DNA of 34,600 bases from Candidatus Eiseniibacteriota bacterium (GCA_041946735.1 JBHGAY010000039.1:1-34600); one strand, 5' to 3'; shown: positions 9,170-18,890, counted from the stretch's first letter. Numbers and translations: made by a program. Notes: a model not told the origin generated them from the letters alone.

Positions 9170-11829
9170 CGAACGACCCGCACCGTCGCGGCAGCCGCGC
9201 GGTCGCCCGATCTCACGCGCACCCAGTACGCGCCGGCGGGAAGCGCCGCCCCGCGACTCGCCGCGATCGCGCAGCACCGCGGCCGGCCGGCGGGACCCGG
9301 CTCGATGCCGGCGCAGGCGACGCGGCGCCCGCCCGCGTCGAACACCTCGATCGACTGCGGCCCAGCGCCCTCCTCGCTCCAGCAGACACGAAGCTCACCC
9401 GACCTCGCGGGATTCGGCTCGACTCGGATCTCGAGCGGGCCACCGGACTGCGGCCCGCGGCCCGGCCATGTCGGGTCGGTCAGTCCCCTCTCGGGATCCT
9501 CCTCGGTGACGAGAAGGCGCCGCAGGGCGACCGCTCCGCCGAAGGCGCGAAGCTCGAGGAGGCGTTCGCCGGCGGCGTCGTCCAGAAGCGCTCCGCTCGG
9601 GAACCACTCGTCCTCGAGAGGACCGAGGATCGATTCGGAGACGATCGCGCCGGTGCGCGAGTCCCGGAGCCGGATCGCGAGACGGCTCCCGGCCGTGCCC
9701 GTGGCCTCGAGGTCCACGTAGAGGCGCTCGCATCCCTCCATGCGGTCTCCGAGCGACTGCGAGAGGCCGCCGCGTTCGGCGTCGGTGCCATCGAGCCAGA
9801 CCTCGACCGCCTCCGCCTCCCGGTCTTCCTCCATTCGTCGCGCGGAAGGAGGATCGCGATGGCGGCACGCCGGCCAGGGAGCGTTCCAGTCGTCCGGCCG
9901 GCCGTCCCGGTCGTCGTCCCGCCGGAACGACGGATCGAGCACGACGCCGCACGGCGTTCGCTCGATCCGGACGGCGTCGACGTAAGCCAGGATCTCGCCG
10001 GCCGGTAACGGACTCCCTTCAAGGGATGGTCGAGGACCACGGTCGCTGGGAAGCGGCGGCCGGGACCACTCGCGCCGGTCCTCGTAGCGCAGGTAGACCT
10101 CGCGGATCCTCTCTCCCGCCCACTCGTCGAGGCGGACGGCGATCGGGATCCAGAGTCCCAGGGGATGGCCCGCGCGCGCGGCGGCTCCCGTCAAGGCGCA
10201 GAGGTCCGCCAGCTCTTCGGTCAGGATCCTCCCGCTTGCCGTGATCGCCTCCAGCGCGAGATGCCCTTCCCCCGCCGGGTCGCGATCCTGTCGTAGCCAG
10301 CCACGCAGCACGCTTCCTTGCCCAACCTCGACGTCGCAGGAGAAGAGCCGCCACGCGGCCGCGCGGCGATCCGCTCCCCGGTCAAAGCTCGCCCGCACCC
10401 GAAGCAGGCGGCGCCCCTCGACCGGCCGCACCCCTTCGGCCTCCTCCTCGGTCGCGACGCGGGCGGAGGCGGTTCCCGAGTCGAGATCGGCGCTCGTCCA
10501 TCCGCGCAAGCTCACGAGCGCATTCTGCGAAGGCCATGCGCCGGAGGGCTCGAAGCTCCCGTCGAGGCCGGTCCATGGCACGCCGAGCCGCGGAGAGAGG
10601 AGGGGATCGCCGAGGAGCGCGCACATGCGCACCGATGCGGCGCTGCGCTCCCCGCGCCCCGCCTCGTCGAGAAGCGTGCGGCGCACGCCCGCCAGAGCGG
10701 CTCCGAGCAGCGGCCCCTGCCCCGATCCGAGCCGCGCGAGGAGCTGCCCGCAGATCTCCCAGTCGTCGAAGAAGGTGGTGAGGTGCGTGGGGGCCAGCGC
10801 CGCGATCACCCCGCCGGGGGCGGCTCGGACCCAGGTCTCGACCGGCGCGTCGTGCCCGCCGAAGAGATCGTCCTCGTCGAACGCGCCGTTCAGGCAGGTC
10901 GAGAAGATCGCGATCGGCAGCCTCCCGGAGGTCGGCATCTCTTCGGGAACGAGCCACGGTTCGTTGCCGGGCGGACAGGCGAGCATGTGCACGAGGTCCG
11001 CCGGACCGGTGTTGTTGCCAAAGAGAGCGAGAAGGCCGATCCCCTGCCCGAGACGCCCCGACACCTCGGCCAGCGCGCGTGCGCGGTTCCCGGGATCGGA
11101 GAGGGGCATGTACGAAGAGGCATGAATCGGGATGCCGCCGAATGCGCCCGCCTCCGCAACGGCGTCGAGCAGCTCGGCCGCCGCACGGCGGCGATCGGAG
11201 TTGTCGCGGCCGAGAGGCGCGTCTCCGACGAGCAGGAGCAGCCGGCGATTCTCGGGCTGCTCCCGGTAGGCCCTGAGCTTTCCCACGTAGGCGAGGAGAT
11301 CGGCGCCGCAGGTCGCCGGAATGCGCCCGACGAGGAGATCGCTCGCCGCATCGCCGCATCCCGGAGGGCGTGCGAGGGCGTCGTCCTCCGCGAAAGTGCC
11401 ATCGTAGTAGGCCGGAAACTCGTGCTCGTAGGCGGCGTGCGCCGTCGGCACGAGGTCGCGCTCGGGCCGGTCCTCGCTCGCCGTTCCCGCCAGGATCAAG
11501 GCCAGAGGACGGTCGGCGGAGCGCGCGATCGCCTCCGCCACCGCCATCCGGATCGCCTCGGCGACCGACAGGTCGGGATAGGCGTCTCGGACCGTCGAGA
11601 TCGGCGCGACGCAAGGCCGGTAGCCGCGTGCTCGAAGGTCCTCGAGCAGCGATCCGGCCGCTGAGAGGAGCGAGTCGCCTACGAGAACCAGGACGTCACC
11701 GTCGGCCGGCGTCCACGGAACGGACGAAGCCGATGCGGCCGATAGGATGGCCAGAGCGATGCAGGCAAGCCATGCGCGAGGCGCGCGCCGCGCGATTGCG
11801 AGGGCTCGCCGGGGGTCGGCCGTTCGCAT
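9166..11829 (-). CDS. Secreted C25 (gingipain/PorU) family peptidase homologue with accessory domains and T9SS/FlgD-like C-terminal domain
   Basis: AAGGAGG SD; signal peptide; C25 hallmarks LVGRIPA, LLLLVGD, IFSTCLNGAFDE, GGVIAALAPT and LLGDP; tail PNP...FDAGGRRV...LPAGAYWVR. The catalytic His position reads GNN. Confidence 0.8.
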   Translation of the reverse strand: MRTADPRRALAIARRAPRAWLACIALAILSAASASSVPWTPADGDVLVLVGDSLLSAAGSLLEDLRARGYRPCVAPISTVRDAYPDLSVAEAIRMAVAEAIARSADRPLALILAGTASEDRPERDLVPTAHAAYEHEFPAYYDGTFAEDDALARPPGCGDAASDLLVGRIPATCGADLLAYVGKLRAYREQPENRRLLLLVGDAPLGRDNSDRRRAAAELLDAVAEAGAFGGIPIHASSYMPLSDPGNRARALAEVSGRLGQGIGLLALFGNNTGPADLVHMLACPPGNEPWLVPEEMPTSGRLPIAIFSTCLNGAFDEDDLFGGHDAPVETWVRAAPGGVIAALAPTHLTTFFDDWEICGQLLARLGSGQGPLLGAALAGVRRTLLDEAGRGERSAASVRMCALLGDPLLSPRLGVPWTGLDGSFEPSGAWPSQNALVSLRGWTSADLDSGTASARVATEEEAEGVRPVEGRRLLRVRASFDRGADRRAAAWRLFSCDVEVGQGSVLRGWLRQDRDPAGEGHLALEAITASGRILTEELADLCALTGAAARAGHPLGLWIPIAVRLDEWAGERIREVYLRYEDRREWSRPPLPSDRGPRPSLEGSPLPAGEILAYVDAVRIERTPCGVVLDPSFRRDDDRDGRPDDWNAPWPACRHRDPPSARRMEEDREAEAVEVWLDGTDAERGGLSQSLGDRMEGCERLYVDLEATGTAGSRLAIRLRDSRTGAIVSESILGPLEDEWFPSGALLDDAAGERLLELRAFGGAVALRRLLVTEEDPERGLTDPTWPGRGPQSGGPLEIRVEPNPARSGELRVCWSEEGAGPQSIEVFDAGGRRVACAGIEPGPAGRPRCCAIAASRGAALPAGAYWVRVRSGDRAAAATVRVVR

Positions 11830-12102
11830 CGTGTTCCTCCTTCGCCCGCGTACGCGCGGGGCGAAGGCGGCTCACGGAGCAAAGCGCGAGCCAGCGACGC
11901 GGCGGCCGCGCCGGCCGCGCCCGGGAAGGGGCGCGAGGAGCGAAAGGGGCGCGGCGGGTGGCGGCGACGCGACAGTCGGATCGTCGTAGCGGAGACGGCG
12001 AGACGGCGACGGTGAGGCGGTGACGGTGAGGCGGTACTGCGGCTGCTGCGGAGCCGGCGAGGCGGGGAGGGGATGGCGGGGACGACGGGCGAAGCGCTCC
12101 GC

Positions 12103-12531
12103 TCAGGCTCCCCGGCTCTTCTTCCCCTTCGTGTTCCCCTTCACGGTACGCGCCGCCTTCTTCTTTCCCGCCGTGGGCGCGGAAGCGACGGACGCAAAGC
12201 CTTCGAGCGCGCTCATCCGCCGGGCCTGATGTTCGGTGATGCTGCCGCAGACCGTGTCGCAGAGGTCGAAGATCTGGGGATCGGCCACCCGATAGTAGAC
12301 GAAGAGCCCCTGCTTGCGTCGCGCGAGGAGACCCGCGCGCGTCAGAAGCTGCAGGTGCTTCGAGACGTTCGCCTGGTTCAGCCCGGTCCGTACCACGATC
12401 TCCTGCACCGGCATCTCGCCTTCCCCGAGGGTCCCCAGGAGCAGCAGCCGGGTCGGATCCCCCAGCAGGCGGAACCGCTCCGCGACCATCTCCAGCATCT
12501 CCCCATGTAGCACCCGATCGGCTTTCGGCAC
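12103..12531 (-). CDS. ArsR/SmtB family transcriptional regulator
   Basis: GTG at 12531 after GAGGAG; AERFRLLGDPTRL, NQANVSKHLQLL...GLLARRKQGLFVYYRV winged HTH; C-x3-C (LCDTVC) in the last helix; Lys-rich tail; 142 aa. Confidence 0.93.
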   Translation of the reverse strand: MPKADRVLHGEMLEMVAERFRLLGDPTRLLLLGTLGEGEMPVQEIVVRTGLNQANVSKHLQLLTRAGLLARRKQGLFVYYRVADPQIFDLCDTVCGSITEHQARRMSALEGFASVASAPTAGKKKAARTVKGNTKGKKSRGA

Positions 12532-12584
12532 CGGCCCTCTCCTCTCCACGGGCGGCCGCGCGGCGGGCGCCCGCATTTTTCCCG

Positions 12585-12635
12585 TTGACCGCTTCCCAAC
12601 TATTGGACTATATTCCCATCTAGTGATGCAGTCAA
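12585..12635. promoter_or_regulatory. Overlapping divergent sigma70-like promoters for the arsR gene and the efflux operon
   Basis: Plus strand TTGACC(12585-12590)-N18-TATATT(12609-12614); minus strand TTGACT(12635-12630)-N17-TATAGT(12612-12607); AT-rich island. Confidence 0.7.
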
Positions 12636-12739
12636 CTTCTTCCGATGCATCGAGTGTAGCCCCGGCCGGGAGGCGCTGCTTGGCAGCGGCGACCGGTGAC
12701 GACGTCGCGAAGCCTTGCACGAAGAGGAGTCCCGAACCG

Positions 12740-14182
12740 ATGAGTCTCTTGCGACCGATCGATCGGACGAGGGGGAGTCGATCCTCGCCGCTGGTCCCGC
12801 TGCCGCTCCTGCTCCTCCTGGCGCTCGCCGCCCTGGCCGGGCCTGACGCGCTCACCGGGGCCGCCACGCTCGCGGCACTGGACGCGGCGGCCGTGGCGAC
12901 GCCCGGGCAGCCGCTCCCGCTCGAAGAGGCGGTGCGGCTCGCGCGCCTCCACAATCCGATGGTCCTCGAAAGTCGCGCCAATCGCGGAGCCGCGAGCGCG
13001 GCGCGCAGCGAGGTCGCCGCCTCGCGCTGGCCGACCCTCGCGATCCGCGAAACGGCCGTCCGGACCGACGGCCCGGCGGACGTCTTCGGAATGCGGCTGC
13101 AGCAGGAGCGGTTCTCCTTCCCCGCCTTCGTCTCGAGCGATCCGAATCAGCCGGACGTCGCGGACGGCTTCGCCACCGAACTGGAGGTCCGCGCTCCCGT
13201 CTTCACCGGCGGCCGGATCCGCTCGGGCATCCGGCAGGCGGGACGAATGGTCGAAGCGGCGACCCGGATCGAGGAGCACACGACCCGCTCCGTCGACCTG
13301 GCGGTCGCCGGAGCCTACCTCGACGCGCTGCTCGCCGACTCCGCGCTCGCCCTCGCCACGCGCGCTCGCGACACCACGTCCCGCCACGTCGCCCGCGCGC
13401 AGGATCTCTACGACGCCGGGATGATGGTCGAGAGCGACCTGCTCCAGGCCCGGGCGCAACTCGCGCAGATGGAGGAAGGGGTGATCCGCGCGCGCAACCA
13501 GTCGGTCCTCGCGCGCACCGCGCTCGCTGCCGCGATCGGCGTCGATCCCGCCACGGTCGACTCGCTGCTCGTCCCTTCCACGCCCCCGATCGAGCGGCCG
13601 GCGACCCTCGAGTCGGCGATCCAGACGGCCCTCTCCCGCAGGGCCGACTTGCGCGCAATGCAAGCGCGCGTGGACGCGGCCGGCGCCGGCATCGCACAGG
13701 CGCAAGGCGAGTACTTCCCCTCGATCGGCGTCGCCGGACGCTTCTCGCTCCACGACGTTCACTCCTTCGGAAGTCACGGCCGGAGCTTCGCCTTGGTCGC
13801 GCAGGCCGAATGGTCGCTCTGGAACGGCGGGGCCACCGCCGCCCGCGTGCGCCGCAGCCGCCAGGAGCGGTCGGCGGCCGAGGAGGCGCGCCGCGCCCAG
13901 GAGACGAAGGCGGAGATCGAGGTCCGCCAGGCATGGAACGCGATCGAGGAGGCCGAGGCGCGGGAGAAGGCGGCTGCCGACGCCGTCGCCGCGTCCTCGC
14001 GCGCGCTCGCGATTCTCGAAGACCGCTTCGAGCAGGGGGTCGCCCCGATGACCGACCTGCTCGATGCGGAGATGACGTTGCACGAAGCGCGGGTCCGGAA
14101 CCTTCAGGCCCGCTTCGACCGCCAGCGGTCGATTCGAACCCTGTCCTTCGCGATGGGCGCGAGCCCGGTGCCGGAGGCGTAG
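12740..14182 (+). CDS. TolC family outer membrane efflux protein
   Basis: ATG after GAGGAG; signal peptide; two OEP repeats (LEEAVRLARLHNP...PVFTGGR; ALSRRADL...YFPSI...WSLWNGG; RFEQGVAPMTDLLDAE); 480 aa. Confidence 0.92.
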   Translation: MSLLRPIDRTRGSRSSPLVPLPLLLLLALAALAGPDALTGAATLAALDAAAVATPGQPLPLEEAVRLARLHNPMVLESRANRGAASAARSEVAASRWPTLAIRETAVRTDGPADVFGMRLQQERFSFPAFVSSDPNQPDVADGFATELEVRAPVFTGGRIRSGIRQAGRMVEAATRIEEHTTRSVDLAVAGAYLDALLADSALALATRARDTTSRHVARAQDLYDAGMMVESDLLQARAQLAQMEEGVIRARNQSVLARTALAAAIGVDPATVDSLLVPSTPPIERPATLESAIQTALSRRADLRAMQARVDAAGAGIAQAQGEYFPSIGVAGRFSLHDVHSFGSHGRSFALVAQAEWSLWNGGATAARVRRSRQERSAAEEARRAQETKAEIEVRQAWNAIEEAEAREKAAADAVAASSRALAILEDRFEQGVAPMTDLLDAEMTLHEARVRNLQARFDRQRSIRTLSFAMGASPVPEA

Positions 14183-14184
14183 CG

Positions 14185-15303
14185 ATGAGGAGGTCGACGA
14201 TGCTCCATCCCACCCCCCGAACGGTCCTGCTCGCCGTCGCGACGTTGCTCGGCGCTGCGGCGCTCCTGCCCGGCTGCTCCCGCGAGGCGCCCGCGGCCGA
14301 ACCGGCTGCCGCGACGGTTCGCGCGCGCGTTCAACCGGTCGCCGCCTCGGTCGTCCCGTCCCACGCCGAAGCGATCGGATCGCTCGAGAGCCTCCGCGAG
14401 GTGACGCTCTCCGGCAAGGTGATGGGAACGATCCTCTCGATCGAGAAGACCGCCGGGGAGAGCGTCCGGCGCGGCGAGCGCCTCGTCGTGATCGACGCCC
14501 GTGACGTCGAAGGCCAGATCCGCCAGGCGGAAGGGGCGCTCGCGCAGGCGCGCGCCGCTGCCTCCATCGCCGCGGCGAACCGGCAGCGCTTCGAGGCGCT
14601 CTTCGCTCGCGGGTCCGCCTCGCCGCTCGAGCTCGACCAGGCCCGCTTCCAGGACGAGACGTCGAAGGGGGCGGTCGCGCAAGCAGAAGGCGCGCTGGCC
14701 GCCGCGAAGTCCTATAGCGCCTATGCCGAGATCGCCGCGCCGTTCGACGGGCGCGTGGTCGACCGCATGTGCGAGGTGGGCGAGATGGCGGCGCCGGGGC
14801 GCCCGCTGCTCCGGATCGAGGACCCGGCGCGGCTGCGGCTGCGCGCGAGCCTGCCGGAGAGCGAGGCGGCCGGCGCTGCGCCGGGCGGGAAGGTCGACGT
14901 CGTCATTCCGTCCCTGGGGGATCGGCCGTTCGAGGGGACGATCGCGGAGGTGGTGCCGGCCGTCGATCCGGCGACCCGCTCGGTCCTCCTGAAGATCGAC
15001 CTCGCCCCCGATCCGGCTCTGCGCTCCGGAATGTATGCGCGCGCGATCGTCCCGATCGGGACGCGACGCGCGATCCGCGTGCCGGAGGACGCGATCCGCC
15101 GGCGCGGAGGCCTGACCGGCGTCTTCGTCGTCGAGGAGGGCCGCGCCCGCTACCGTCTCGTGCAGATCGATGCCTCGTCTCCTTCCCCGGCCTCGCAAGG
15201 CGGGACGGTCGAGGTGGTCGCCGGGCTCGACGAACGCGACAGCCTGCTTCTCGATCCGCCCGCGACGCTCGTCGAGGGGACGCGCGTGGAGGTGGTGGGA
15301 TGA
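14185..15303 (+). CDS. Efflux RND transporter periplasmic adaptor (MFP), lipoprotein
   Basis: Lipobox LPGC; lipoyl/hairpin motifs (GESVRRGERLVVID, IAAPFDGRVV, VPAVDPATRS, LRSGMYAR). Alternative start ATG at 14200 with AGGAGG. Confidence 0.93.
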   Translation: MRRSTMLHPTPRTVLLAVATLLGAAALLPGCSREAPAAEPAAATVRARVQPVAASVVPSHAEAIGSLESLREVTLSGKVMGTILSIEKTAGESVRRGERLVVIDARDVEGQIRQAEGALAQARAAASIAAANRQRFEALFARGSASPLELDQARFQDETSKGAVAQAEGALAAAKSYSAYAEIAAPFDGRVVDRMCEVGEMAAPGRPLLRIEDPARLRLRASLPESEAAGAAPGGKVDVVIPSLGDRPFEGTIAEVVPAVDPATRSVLLKIDLAPDPALRSGMYARAIVPIGTRRAIRVPEDAIRRRGGLTGVFVVEEGRARYRLVQIDASSPSPASQGGTVEVVAGLDERDSLLLDPPATLVEGTRVEVVG

Positions 15304-18300
15304 CGCAGGAGATCGATCGCGACACGAAGACGATCCAGAAGCTCCGGCGGAAGCTCGGCATCTCCGGCCGCGTCGCGAGCGCGTTCCTCGAATCGAAGCT
15401 GACGCCGCTTTTGATCCTCGCGGCGCTCGGGCTCGGGCTCTTCTCGGTCCTGCTCACGCCGCGCGAGGAGGAGCCGCAGATCCAGGTGCCGATGATCGAC
15501 GTGCTCGTGCCGTATCCGGGCGCCTCGCCGAAGGAGGTCGAGGAGCGGGTCGCCACTCCGCTCGAGAAGCTCCTCTGGGAGATCCCCGGCGTCGACTACG
15601 TCTACACGACCTCCAGCCCAAGCTTCGGGATGGCGATCGTCCGCTTCGACGTGGGCGAGGATCCCGAGAAGAGCCTCGTCAAGGTCTACGCGAAGCTCGA
15701 CGCGCATCCCGAGAGGATCCCGGCCGGCGCCGGGCCTCCGATCGTCCGCCCAAAGTCGATCGACGACGTCCCGATCGTCGCGCTCACGCTCCACAGCGAG
15801 CGCTATGGGAGCGCAGAGCTGCGAGCGGTCGCCGAGGAGGCGGCGCTCGAGATCCGCAAGATCCCGAACATCTCCGAGGTGACGGTGATCGGCGGCGAGC
15901 CGCGCGAGATCCGGGTGCAGATCGACCCGGCGCGGCTGCAAGGGCACGGGATGAGCGCGATCGCCATCGCGCAAGCGCTGCGCGGCACGAACGACGCGCT
16001 GCCCGGCGGCTCCTTCTCCGACCTCGACCGTGAGGTGCGGATCGAAGCCGGGCGGTTCCTGACGAGCGCGCAGGACGTGCGCGACGTCGTGGTCGGCGTG
16101 CGCGACGGGCGTCCGCTGCGCCTCGGCGAGGTCGCGCAGGTCACCGACCAGCCGGCCGAGCGTAGAAGCTACGTCCTGTTCTCCCCCGGGCCGCGGGCGG
16201 CGGACAAAGGGATCGAGGCGACGGCGTCGAACCTTCCCGCCGTGACGATCGCGATCGCGAAGAAGCCGGGATCGAACGCGGTCGTGCTCGCCAGGCAGGT
16301 CGAGGAGCGGCTCGCCGCGATGGAGAAGGAGCTGCTGCCGGCCGGCGTCGAGGTGACGCTGACCCGCAACTACGGCGAGACGGCCGGGGAGAAATCCAAC
16401 GAGCTGATCCTCCACATGCTGCTCGCCACCGGCGCGGTCGTGCTCCTGATGCTCTTCGCTCTCGGCCGCCGGGAGGCGATCGTCGTCGCGGTCGCCGTGC
16501 CGGTGACGCTCGCGCTCACCCTGGCGACGAGCGCCTTGTTCGGCTACACGCTGAACCGCGTCACCCTGTTCGCCCTGATCTTCGCGATCGGCATCCTCGT
16601 CGACGACGCGATCGTCGTCGTCGAGAACATCCACCGCCACTTCCAGATGCGATGGACCACGCCGGAACGCGCGTCGGTCTATGCGACCGACGAGGTGGGC
16701 AATCCGACGATCCTCGCGACGTTCACCGTCATCGCGGCGCTCCTGCCGCTCGCGTTCGTGTCGGGCCTGATGGGACCATACATGCGCCCGATCCCGATCA
16801 ACGCCTCCGCCGCGATGTTCTTCTCCCTCATCGTCGCGTTCACCGTCACCCCCTGGGTCACCCTGCGCGTGCTCGGACGCCGGCGCCAGGGTGGTCACGA
16901 TCCGGCCGGACCGAAGGACGCGACCCCCGGGGAGCGCCGGATCGAGCGCGCCTACTCTGCCGTGCTGCGCCCGCTGCTCCGCCGCCCCGGCCTGCGGGCG
17001 GCGGCGCTCGGAACGGTGGCCGTCCTGCTGCTCGCTTCCATGAGCCTCGTCTACGTGCGCGCCGTCCGCGTGAAGATGCTCCCGTACGACAACAAGAGCG
17101 AGATGCAGGTGGTGATCGACATGCCGGAGGGCTCGACGCTCGAGCGGACGGCGGCCGCCGCGCAGGCGTTCGCGGCCGTCGTGCGCGAGGAGCCGGAGGT
17201 CACCGATACGCAGGTCTACGTCGGGACCGCCTCGCCGATGAACTTCAACGGCCTCGTGCGCCACTACTACCTCCGCAAGGGCCCGGCGGTCGCCGACATC
17301 CAGGTGAACCTGGCTGGCAAGCACGATCGCAAGCGACAGAGCCACGAGATCGCCAAGGCGATCCGCCCGAAGCTGCTGCCCGTCGCCGAGCGTTACGGCG
17401 CGCGCATCAAGGTGGCCGAGGTTCCGCCCGGTCCCCCGGTCCTTTCCACGATGGTCGCCGAGGTGTACGGCCCGGATCCCGAGCGGCAGGTGGAGATCGC
17501 CGCCGAAGTGAAGAGGATCTTCGAGACGACGCCCGGGATCGTTGACGTCGACTGGTACGTCGAGGATCCGCAGCCCAAGCTCTCCTTCCGCGTCGATGCG
17601 GCGAAGGCCGCCCTCGCCGGGATCACTCCGGCGATGATCGCGCAGGAGATCCGGATGGCGGCCGAGGGGGCGCCGGTCGGGCTGCTGCACGGCGCGCCCG
17701 ATCGCGAGCCGGTGCCGATCGTCCTGCACAGCGAGCGGGAGGGACGGCGCGGCCTCGAGGACCTCGGCAGCCTCTCGCTCCACTCGCCCGACGGGCGGAT
17801 GGTGCCGCTCTCGCAGCTCGTCTCGATCGACCGGGAGAGCGAAGGCCGCTCGATCTACCACAAGAACCTCCGCCCCGTCACCTACGTGACTGGAGAGGTG
17901 GCGGGACGGCAGGAGTCGCCGATCTACGGAATCCTCGACATGAAGCGGCCGGTGGGAGAGATTCCGCTCGCCGAAGGGTACGGCCTCGAGCAGCTCTTCT
18001 CGCACGAGCCGGAGTCCGACAGCCGGTACGTCGTCAAGTGGGACGGCGAGTGGCAGATCACCTACGAGGTGTTCCGCGACATGGGGATCGCGTTCGCGGT
18101 CGTGATGCTGCTCGTCTACATCCTCGTCGTCGCATGGTTCCGGTCGTTCCTGGTCCCGCTGGTCATCATGGCGCCGATCCCGCTCACGCTGATCGGCATC
18201 CTCCCCGGGCACTGGGCGACCGGCATCTTCTTCACCGCCACCTCGATGATCGGCTTCATCGCGCTGGCCGGGATCATCGTCCGCAACTCGATCCTGCTCG

Positions 18301-18584
18301 TGGACTTCATCAACCTGGAGATCGAAGGGGGCGCCTCGCTCGAGGAAGCCGTGCTGAAGGCGGGGGCCGTCCGCTTGCGGCCGATCGTGCTGACCGCCGC
18401 CGCGCTGGTCGTCGGCGGGCTCGTGATCGTCCTCGACCCGATCTTCCAGGGGCTCGCGATCTCGCTGATCTTCGGGGTCGTCGTCTCGACCGCCCTCACG
18501 CTGGTCGTGATCCCGCTGCTCTATCACATGCTGCTCTCGGCCCGGACGAGCGCCGGAGCGGCGAGGGACGGGAAGGCCGCCTGA
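15300..18584 (+). CDS. Efflux RND transporter permease subunit (AcrB/AcrD/AcrF family)
   Basis: ATGA overlap with the MFP stop; 1094 aa; PREEEPQI, YPGASPKEVEERV, GILVDDAIVVVENI, GIIVRNSILLVDF and RLRPIVLT motifs. Confidence 0.96.
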   Translation: MTQEIDRDTKTIQKLRRKLGISGRVASAFLESKLTPLLILAALGLGLFSVLLTPREEEPQIQVPMIDVLVPYPGASPKEVEERVATPLEKLLWEIPGVDYVYTTSSPSFGMAIVRFDVGEDPEKSLVKVYAKLDAHPERIPAGAGPPIVRPKSIDDVPIVALTLHSERYGSAELRAVAEEAALEIRKIPNISEVTVIGGEPREIRVQIDPARLQGHGMSAIAIAQALRGTNDALPGGSFSDLDREVRIEAGRFLTSAQDVRDVVVGVRDGRPLRLGEVAQVTDQPAERRSYVLFSPGPRAADKGIEATASNLPAVTIAIAKKPGSNAVVLARQVEERLAAMEKELLPAGVEVTLTRNYGETAGEKSNELILHMLLATGAVVLLMLFALGRREAIVVAVAVPVTLALTLATSALFGYTLNRVTLFALIFAIGILVDDAIVVVENIHRHFQMRWTTPERASVYATDEVGNPTILATFTVIAALLPLAFVSGLMGPYMRPIPINASAAMFFSLIVAFTVTPWVTLRVLGRRRQGGHDPAGPKDATPGERRIERAYSAVLRPLLRRPGLRAAALGTVAVLLLASMSLVYVRAVRVKMLPYDNKSEMQVVIDMPEGSTLERTAAAAQAFAAVVREEPEVTDTQVYVGTASPMNFNGLVRHYYLRKGPAVADIQVNLAGKHDRKRQSHEIAKAIRPKLLPVAERYGARIKVAEVPPGPPVLSTMVAEVYGPDPERQVEIAAEVKRIFETTPGIVDVDWYVEDPQPKLSFRVDAAKAALAGITPAMIAQEIRMAAEGAPVGLLHGAPDREPVPIVLHSEREGRRGLEDLGSLSLHSPDGRMVPLSQLVSIDRESEGRSIYHKNLRPVTYVTGEVAGRQESPIYGILDMKRPVGEIPLAEGYGLEQLFSHEPESDSRYVVKWDGEWQITYEVFRDMGIAFAVVMLLVYILVVAWFRSFLVPLVIMAPIPLTLIGILPGHWATGIFFTATSMIGFIALAGIIVRNSILLVDFINLEIEGGASLEEAVLKAGAVRLRPIVLTAAALVVGGLVIVLDPIFQGLAISLIFGVVVSTALTLVVIPLLYHMLLSARTSAGAARDGKAA

Positions 18585-18698
18585 TCCGGCCGGCCTTCCC
18601 TATCCTCCCAAAGCGTTGGATGGATCGTTCCGCACCGATGGATCGTTGACGTGGCGCGGCGCCGGCACCGGCGCCGGCCGCAAGAAAGAGGAGGAGAA

Positions 18699-18890
18699 AT
18701 GAGGAACGTGAACGAGTGGCTCCGCGCGATCGCCGGCGCCTTCATCGTGGTCTCTGCCGCTCTGGCTGCCTTCGTGAGCCCCTGGTGGCTGCTCTTCACC
18801 GCCTTCGTCGGCCTGAACCTGCTGCAGTCCGCCTTCACCGGGTGGTGTCCGATGATGTCGCTCCTGCGCGCGCTGCACGTGCGCGCCTGA
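18699..18890 (+). CDS. DUF2892 / YgaP-like two-helix membrane protein
   Basis: Strong GAGGAG SD; LRAIAG...FVGLNLLQSAFTGWCPM motif typical of DUF2892; 63 aa. Confidence 0.9.
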   Translation: MRNVNEWLRAIAGAFIVVSAALAAFVSPWWLLFTAFVGLNLLQSAFTGWCPMMSLLRALHVRA

